Positions 58,374 to 64,000 of a stretch of DNA of 64,000 bases are shown here, in pieces. Under the pieces are notes generated by a model. It did not search any database. It saw only the letters and a list, made by a program, of their open reading frames with translations, and had not been told where the DNA came from. Origin of the DNA: Nostoc sp. DedSLP01 (lineage in GTDB: Bacteria > Cyanobacteriota > Cyanobacteriia > Cyanobacteriales > Nostocaceae). Within the stretch, counting starts at the first letter, position 1. Every line of letters starts with the position of its first letter. The stretch is from the NCBI GenBank assembly GCA_034530875.2, contig JAVRCJ020000024.1, positions 32,001 to 96,000 of the forward strand. The letters run 5' to 3'. Position numbers and translations under genes: made by a program.

Positions 58374-58808
58374 ATGCCAGTTAGTAAACGCTATCATGAG
58401 AACGTCAAAAATGCCCTCATCAAAGATGGCTGGACGATTACCGACGATCCTTTTCATCTGAAGTGGGGAAAAAAGGATATGTATGTTGACCTGGGTGTAG
58501 AAAAAGTAATTGCTGCTGAAAAGGAAGGACACCGGATAGCTGCTGAGATTAAGACATTTCGCACTGTATCCGACATGACCGATCTTGAGCAGGCACTAGG
58601 GCAATATCTTGCATACCGTTCTGTGATGATTAGAACCAATCCCGATCGCGTCCTCTATCTTGCCGTTCGTGACGAAGTGTACGCTGATATCTTTGAGGAA
58701 CCAATTGCTAAACTTTTGGTAGAAGATTACAAAGTTAATGTCGTTGTATTTCAGCTAGAACAAGAGGTTATTTTCAGATGGATACCTTGGAGCAATACAG
58801 GCACTTAA
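58374..58808 (+). CDS. xisH: XisH-family protein
   Basis: H..VKNALIKDGWTITDDP, DLG.EK.IAAEK, EIK.F, ALGQYL.Y, LYLAV. Confidence 0.9.
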   Translation: MPVSKRYHENVKNALIKDGWTITDDPFHLKWGKKDMYVDLGVEKVIAAEKEGHRIAAEIKTFRTVSDMTDLEQALGQYLAYRSVMIRTNPDRVLYLAVRDEVYADIFEEPIAKLLVEDYKVNVVVFQLEQEVIFRWIPWSNTGT

Positions 58809-59137
58809 TTCGGAATATTCTCATTGAACATACAAAAATTCCGTTCAGTACTGGCAATATTCGATTTGAAACAGTTTTCGACAGGGAACAAGACCGCTAT
58901 CTGTTAATGATTTTGGGAAGAGAACCAGCATACGATTTGTCTCCTGATATCACTCGCCGCGTGCATGGTTGTCTGATTCACGTTGATATTATTGATGATA
59001 AAATTTGGATTCAACGTGATGGTACTGAAGAGGGTATTGCAACAGAATTTCTCAGTGCAGGTATACCAAAGGATCGGATTGTATTAGGATTTCGGTCTGA
59101 GGAACTCAGGAAAGATTCCGAATTTGCTGTTGCATAA
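58778..59137 (+). CDS. xisI: XisI-family protein
   Basis: MD.L..YR, FD...DRY, RVHGCLIHVDI.D.KIWIQRDGTEEGIA, GIPKDRIVLGF. Confidence 0.92.
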   Translation: MDTLEQYRHLIRNILIEHTKIPFSTGNIRFETVFDREQDRYLLMILGREPAYDLSPDITRRVHGCLIHVDIIDDKIWIQRDGTEEGIATEFLSAGIPKDRIVLGFRSEELRKDSEFAVA

Positions 59138-59216
59138 CCAATTCAATGACCAGCAATTATGTATTATGCTTGTGTAATTGGCTTATTGCTTTTGACTGCT
59201 CAACCATAACTATCTT

Positions 59217-59371
59217 AGAGGGTGTTTGTAAACTTCACCGTTGTATCAATATTTCCCCAAATAAGCCTTATAAAGGGAGAAATAAACTTCTTAAATTTTC
59301 CTTTTTCAGGATAAAAAGAAGAGGCATCTACAGTTTTGGTTACCTTAGTCACCACTTTTAAAACATCCTCT
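59217..59371. mobile_element. Degenerate MITE-like element
   Basis: Imperfect terminal inverted repeats AGAGGGTGTTTGTAAACT / ACTTTTAAAACATCCTCT (14/18); non-coding interior. Confidence 0.5.
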
Positions 59372-59413
59372 TAATATCTTGCAAAATAGTCAATTTGTTT
59401 AGTCAAAGCGAAA

Positions 59414-59962
59414 ATGACAAACCTGTTGGAAACCGATCGCTTAATAATTCGCAGTTGGATACCCGAACGCGATGCCGAACAAGCGTTTGCTATTTATAGT
59501 GACTCGGAGGTTACATATTTTCTGGGTAACGGTTCTCGCGTGACAAGCATTGAGTCACAGCGTCAGCGCTTAATGGATAATGTGGAGCGATGGCAACGAC
59601 GCAATAATGGTAGCGGCTCCTGGGCAATTATCGAAAAGGAAACTACAACAATTGTGGGAACTATTCTTCTCAAACAATTGCCAGACAAAGACGGCCTAGC
59701 TACTCAAGATTATGAAGTAGGCTGGCACTTACGACGAGCATCTTGGGGTAAAGGATATGCAACCGAAGCCGGACGAGCTATGCTCAACTACGGATTTAAT
59801 GTCTTGAATTTGCCAATAATTTATGCAGTAGTGAAGCCAGAAAATCATGCTTCAATCCGGGTGACGCAAAGACTGGGTATGAAACCAATAGGACGGACAA
59901 AAAAGTATTACGGTATTGAATTGCTCTTATTTGAACAAAATGCACCGGGAGGTAGGGAATAG
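59414..59962 (+). CDS. GNAT-family N-acetyltransferase (RimJ/RimL-like)
   Basis: LETDRLIIR, EVGW.L....WGKGYATEA, N.ASIRV..RLGM. Confidence 0.92.
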   Translation: MTNLLETDRLIIRSWIPERDAEQAFAIYSDSEVTYFLGNGSRVTSIESQRQRLMDNVERWQRRNNGSGSWAIIEKETTTIVGTILLKQLPDKDGLATQDYEVGWHLRRASWGKGYATEAGRAMLNYGFNVLNLPIIYAVVKPENHASIRVTQRLGMKPIGRTKKYYGIELLLFEQNAPGGRE

Positions 59963-59981
59963 GGAGATGGGGAGATGGGAA

Positions 59982-60038
59982 AATGACTAATGACTAATGA
60001 CCAATGACTAATGATTAATAACTAATGACTAATGACTA
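59982..60038 (+). repeat. STRR heptamer array (AATGACT)n
   Basis: About eight tandem AATGAC(T/C)-like units; the last supplies the ATG of the next gene. Confidence 0.85.
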
Positions 60039-61603
60039 AAAAATGGTTCCGAATTGGAATTGCGGGTGTATTTCTGATGTCACTTGCCTTACGGTTTTGG
60101 GGACTAGAACGATTCAACACCCTGGTATTTGATGAAGTTTATTTTGCCAAATTTGGTAATAATTATCTGACGCATACGCCATTTTTTAATGCTCATCCGC
60201 CGCTAAGTCAATATATGATTGGTATCGGCATTTGGATTGGCAGTCACATTCCTTTTTGGCACGATACGGTAAATGGGCTAACAGGTTCAATGCGATCGCC
60301 TTGGACTTATCGGTGGTTCAATGCCCTGACTGGCTCATTTATTCCTGTAGTTGTAAGCGCGATCGCTTATCAAATCAGCTATCGTCGTAGCTTCGCTTTG
60401 CTTGCAGGTTTTTTCACTGCTTGTGATGGTCTATTTCTCGTTGAATCTCGCTATGCCTTAAGTAATATTTATATCATCATTTTTGGTTTATTAGGGCACT
60501 GGTTTTTATTATTAGCATTGGATAATCAAAACCAACGACGCTCATTTTGGTTAGTTCTAGCTGGCATTAATTTTGGTGCTTCAGTCGGTACTAAATGGAA
60601 TGGTTTATGGTTTCTTTTCGGTGCTTATCTCATTTGGATAACGGCCTGGATAATTCAAGGAATATATTCTTTTTCTAATTCCAAATTTATTTCTATATCC
60701 TCTTCTTTGAGGGAAACAGACGAGCAGGAGAGCAGACGTCTACGGCAGGAAGTAGGAGTTATGAGTTACTCTCTCCCATCCCCCCATTTCCCCATCTCCC
60801 CACCTCCCTATCTCCCCATCTCACAATCTCAGACACCATTACAAAAACTGACTCAATTAAATGTTTTCCAGATGTTATTTTATCTAGGAATAATTCCGGC
60901 TTTTATTTATAGCATCATCTGGATTCCTCACCTTCAGCTAGATAAAACTTATGGATTTATTGCAGTACATCAGCAAATTTTGAAATTTCATTTACACATG
61001 GGTGGTAATAGTTCGAACGTACATCCTTATTGTGCTGCCTGGGACAAATGGCCTTTGATGACTCGACCAATGGCATATTATTATCAAACGGCTGCAAATA
61101 TTAACGAACCGCTACCTGTTATGGGGCCGCCTTTACCTGCTGGCCCTGGACAAATTATTTATGATGTCCATGCAATGGGCAATCCATTTCTGTGGTGGTT
61201 TGGTGTTGCTGCGATTTTATTTTTAGTAGGAATGCTGGTGTTGCAGGTTGGAATTACTTGGTTAAAAGAAAAGCACTTTTCTCCCCCTACAACTCTTAGC
61301 GTTGATACTTGGATTGCCTTGTATTTAGTTATAAATTATGCCGCTAATTTATTACCTTGGGTAAAAGTTACAAGGTGTGTTTTTATCTACCATTATATGT
61401 GTGCAGTGGTATTTGTATTTATAGCGATCGCTTGGTTTACAGATCAGTGTCTTCGCAGTTATTATCAACAACTGCGCGCGGTAGGCGTCACCATCACTTT
61501 TATCATCTTAGCTGCCTTTATTTTCTGGATGCCGATTTATTTGGGTTTACCCCTCTCCGCTGAAGGTTATCATATACGGATGTGGTTCAAGTCTTGGATT
61601 TAA
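60032..61603 (+). CDS. Protein O-mannosyltransferase-like (PMT/GT39) membrane glycosyltransferase
   Basis: LRFWGL....LVFDEVYF, HPPL, ESRY.L, KWNG, HPYC..W..WP...RP, MGNP.LWW, F.YHY. Confidence 0.88.
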   Translation: MTKKWFRIGIAGVFLMSLALRFWGLERFNTLVFDEVYFAKFGNNYLTHTPFFNAHPPLSQYMIGIGIWIGSHIPFWHDTVNGLTGSMRSPWTYRWFNALTGSFIPVVVSAIAYQISYRRSFALLAGFFTACDGLFLVESRYALSNIYIIIFGLLGHWFLLLALDNQNQRRSFWLVLAGINFGASVGTKWNGLWFLFGAYLIWITAWIIQGIYSFSNSKFISISSSLRETDEQESRRLRQEVGVMSYSLPSPHFPISPPPYLPISQSQTPLQKLTQLNVFQMLFYLGIIPAFIYSIIWIPHLQLDKTYGFIAVHQQILKFHLHMGGNSSNVHPYCAAWDKWPLMTRPMAYYYQTAANINEPLPVMGPPLPAGPGQIIYDVHAMGNPFLWWFGVAAILFLVGMLVLQVGITWLKEKHFSPPTTLSVDTWIALYLVINYAANLLPWVKVTRCVFIYHYMCAVVFVFIAIAWFTDQCLRSYYQQLRAVGVTITFIILAAFIFWMPIYLGLPLSAEGYHIRMWFKSWI

Positions 61604-61724
61604 CTCATAATATGGGGCATAGGGCATTAGTCATTATGCTACTTTTTTAATGCAGTAGATAATTGGCGCAAGCGATCGCTCCATTGCACCCGAAACAATC
61701 CTAAGCTGATAAATAATTGCCACA

Positions 61725-64000
61725 TCACTGGCTATTAATCATGGCAGCAATGGTAGATAAAGGCACTTCTGCAAAATAATTTTGCTGAAATTGTTCTTCG
61801 CTGACAGCAGCTAAAAATTCTCTCACAGCCGCATCACCCTTAGTTTCAAAGACATTATTAGGATTCCAGGTGATTTGCAAATTGCGGTCTTCTCTTGTAA
61901 CTGTGAATCCGTAATATTTTAAAGCTTTGATTCCTAGAAATAAGGTGCGATCGCTTATCCCCAGTTTATCTAAAAGTTTAACGCGAGTGACTGGTTGATT
62001 TGTACGACTGAGATATTTGGCAACACCAACTAAGGTCTGCCAAATTTGTTTTGGTGGTTGGTGGTTGGGTTTAGACCAAGCGATCGCTAGTTGTTTTTGG
62101 TTATCAACGGTACTATTTAAACATCGCCGCAACCATGCACGTAAATCATCCCAGTTTGTCGGACAATCTTCAAGCAGCAGTGGAGGAGTGGGGAGTGGGG
62201 AGTAGGGAGTAGGGAGGTTGCGCCAGTCGAGGATGAGTGGTAAATGCCCACTTGTGCGTACTGAGTGTTCGCTGGGACGCACCGCAATTAATCTAATTTC
62301 ATAGCGTTTTTTGAAGGTATTGTAGTCAAGTTCTGCGATACAATCACACCTTCCGACAGGCAATTCATCTTTGTAGTGTCCCCACCAGATACCGGGAAAT
62401 GGACTTCTAGTTGAATCATCCCGAATGTCAAACTCAGTTTTAATGTACTGTACCTTTTTTCCTTGCCAATCCTGCTGATTGCGATGCCAACTATTTTCAA
62501 ACCAGCAGTTTTGAATTAGCAATTTTGGCACGGGATTACCCATTCCACAAGGTTCTAATAATTTCAGTTCTAAAAATAACTCTTTCCCCAAGTCTGCAAC
62601 TTTTACCACTATGTCTGCTTGTACCGTTGGCGTGAGAGTCGTACCGCCCAAAGATTGCCGTAACTGCTGATTAATTGCTGCTGTAAATAAAGGAATATTC
62701 TCAATCGGCAAACTCAAACCCGCAGCAAAAGGATGTCCGCCAAAGCGGTGCAAAAGATGTGCTTGGTCTTTTACCAGCTGATACAAATCGACCGAATTCA
62801 CAGAACGGGCGGAACCACGGGCTAGTGATTGGGGATTAGGGAGTAGGGAGTAGGGAGTAGGGGTAGAATCTTCCCCACTCCCCTCTGTACTTAACAAAAT
62901 CGTCGGGCGTCCTGTTTCTTGTGCTACTTGTCCGGCGACTAAGCCCAACACACCAGCAGGCCATTGGGGATCTTCAAGGACAATGACGCTGGTGGTTGAT
63001 AAATCTAATTGAGTCAGTTTTTGTGCGACTTGGGCTTGTACATCTTTTTGCAAGGATTTGCGGCGGCTGTTTGCGAGTTCTGTAACTTCGGCTAATTCGT
63101 TACAACGTTTGGCATTGCGGCTAGTTAATAATTCGACGCAGAAACTAGCGTCGCCTTGGATGCGGCTAACAGCGTTGATTCTAGGCCCCAAACCGAAGGA
63201 AATATCTGTGGGGCGATCGCCACTTTTCTGGCACAATTCTAATAATCGCCCTACTCCCGGTCGCCGTCGTGCTGTAGGTGGCTGTTGAAAATCTGCTTGC
63301 AGTCGTTGAATTCCCAACTGTGCCAAATAGCGACAATCTCCACTCAGCTGCACTAAGTCGGCAATTAATCCTACTGCCACTAAATCTAATAAATCCTGTA
63401 ATGGATGTTGGGGAATATCAGGCAAACTTTGATAAAGTGCTTCTACCAACTTATAAGCTACCGCCACCCCAGAAAGATGAAATAGCTGATGTTCTTTTGG
63501 CAGATATCGGGGATTAATAATTGCTGTTACTGGTGGGCGTTCTTCAGGTAATGTATGGTGGTCGGTAACTATGACATCGATACCTAATTCTTTGGCATAA
63601 ATAATTTCATTAATATTTGTGCTACCCGTATCGCAAGTGACTATTAATTTACAACCTTGTTTTGCTAAATTCTCAATTCCTTGATTATTCAGTCCGTGAG
63701 ATTCTTTTAAACGATTGGGAATGTAATAACTTAACTCGATATTTTGGATAAAAAACTCTCCCAATCCATCCCAAAGTACGGCAGTGGAGGTAATCCCATC
63801 AGCATCAAAATCTCCCCAAATAGCAACTTTTTCTCCAGCTTTACGCGCTTTTTGTAAGCGGGCGATCGCCAGATGCATTTCTTGTCCAAACTCAAAGGGA
63901 CTTGCTGCTTGATAGTCTTTATAGTTAATAAAAGCTGATAATTGTGATTTTTCTTTAATTCCCCGTTGCCACAACAATTGCGCTGTATACAGTCCATTTG
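61725..64000 (-). CDS. recJ: Single-stranded-DNA-specific exonuclease RecJ (5' end outside the window)
   Basis: WGDFDADG, TCDTG, TDHH, GLIADLV, GPRINA, RGSARS, GGHPFAAGL; frame stays open to the window edge. Confidence 0.93.
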   Translation of the reverse strand, partial: NGLYTAQLLWQRGIKEKSQLSAFINYKDYQAASPFEFGQEMHLAIARLQKARKAGEKVAIWGDFDADGITSTAVLWDGLGEFFIQNIELSYYIPNRLKESHGLNNQGIENLAKQGCKLIVTCDTGSTNINEIIYAKELGIDVIVTDHHTLPEERPPVTAIINPRYLPKEHQLFHLSGVAVAYKLVEALYQSLPDIPQHPLQDLLDLVAVGLIADLVQLSGDCRYLAQLGIQRLQADFQQPPTARRRPGVGRLLELCQKSGDRPTDISFGLGPRINAVSRIQGDASFCVELLTSRNAKRCNELAEVTELANSRRKSLQKDVQAQVAQKLTQLDLSTTSVIVLEDPQWPAGVLGLVAGQVAQETGRPTILLSTEGSGEDSTPTPYSLLPNPQSLARGSARSVNSVDLYQLVKDQAHLLHRFGGHPFAAGLSLPIENIPLFTAAINQQLRQSLGGTTLTPTVQADIVVKVADLGKELFLELKLLEPCGMGNPVPKLLIQNCWFENSWHRNQQDWQGKKVQYIKTEFDIRDDSTRSPFPGIWWGHYKDELPVGRCDCIAELDYNTFKKRYEIRLIAVRPSEHSVRTSGHLPLILDWRNLPTPYSPLPTPPLLLEDCPTNWDDLRAWLRRCLNSTVDNQKQLAIAWSKPNHQPPKQIWQTLVGVAKYLSRTNQPVTRVKLLDKLGISDRTLFLGIKALKYYGFTVTREDRNLQITWNPNNVFETKGDAAVREFLAAVSEEQFQQNYFAEVPLSTIAAMINSQ

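Noticed and set aside
58374..59137. fdxN-type excision element
   Set aside because: No xisF-like recombinase and no interrupted gene; ppsA and the GNAT gene are intact
59982..60038. Tandem repeat array as CRISPR or ncRNA
   Set aside because: Simple 7-nt STRR units without spacers
156..63997. Numerous short ORFs (60-140 aa) antisense to or overlapping the long genes
   Set aside because: They are shadows of well-supported CDSs or translations of repeats (e.g. 9369-9560, 42205-42432, 43563-43748, 59146-59361), with no recognisable motifs

Overview
This 64 kb window looks like chromosome from a filamentous, Nostocales-like cyanobacterium: it has frequent HIP1 GCGATCGC sites, STRR heptamer repeats, xisHI and devBCA-type genes. 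The centrepiece is a ~20 kb minus-strand biosynthetic cluster (about 18.2-37.7 kb) built around an enediyne-type iterative PKS (PKSE-like: KS-AT-ACP-ACP-KR-DH-PPTase). It carries three tandem DUF1702/UnbL(E3)-like genes, but no thioesterase (E10) or E4/E5-like gene is visible in the window. Instead it encodes an AsnB-like amidotransferase, a DUF302 protein, two flavin-dependent halogenases, an ALDH3-type aldehyde dehydrogenase and a carotenoid-cleavage-type oxygenase. A divergent MarR-DevBCA exporter operon with two matching palindromic operators sits next to it. A possible extension (RTX protein, Tat-exported GMC oxidase, UbiA-family enzyme, PEP-CTERM protein) continues downstream. The left flank holds sugar ABC genes, an alpha-amylase, an NtcA-box-preceded nrtB/D/A/nrtS-like operon, and an ECF42 sigma factor with a tandemly duplicated yciI/DGPF gene plus promoter. 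The right flank holds a two-component pair, a DUF815-TerB_C-DUF2791 ATPase trio, ppsA, xisHI, a GNAT, a protein O-mannosyltransferase-like gene and recJ (cut by the window edge). All family calls come from motif recognition by eye; no database searches were run.
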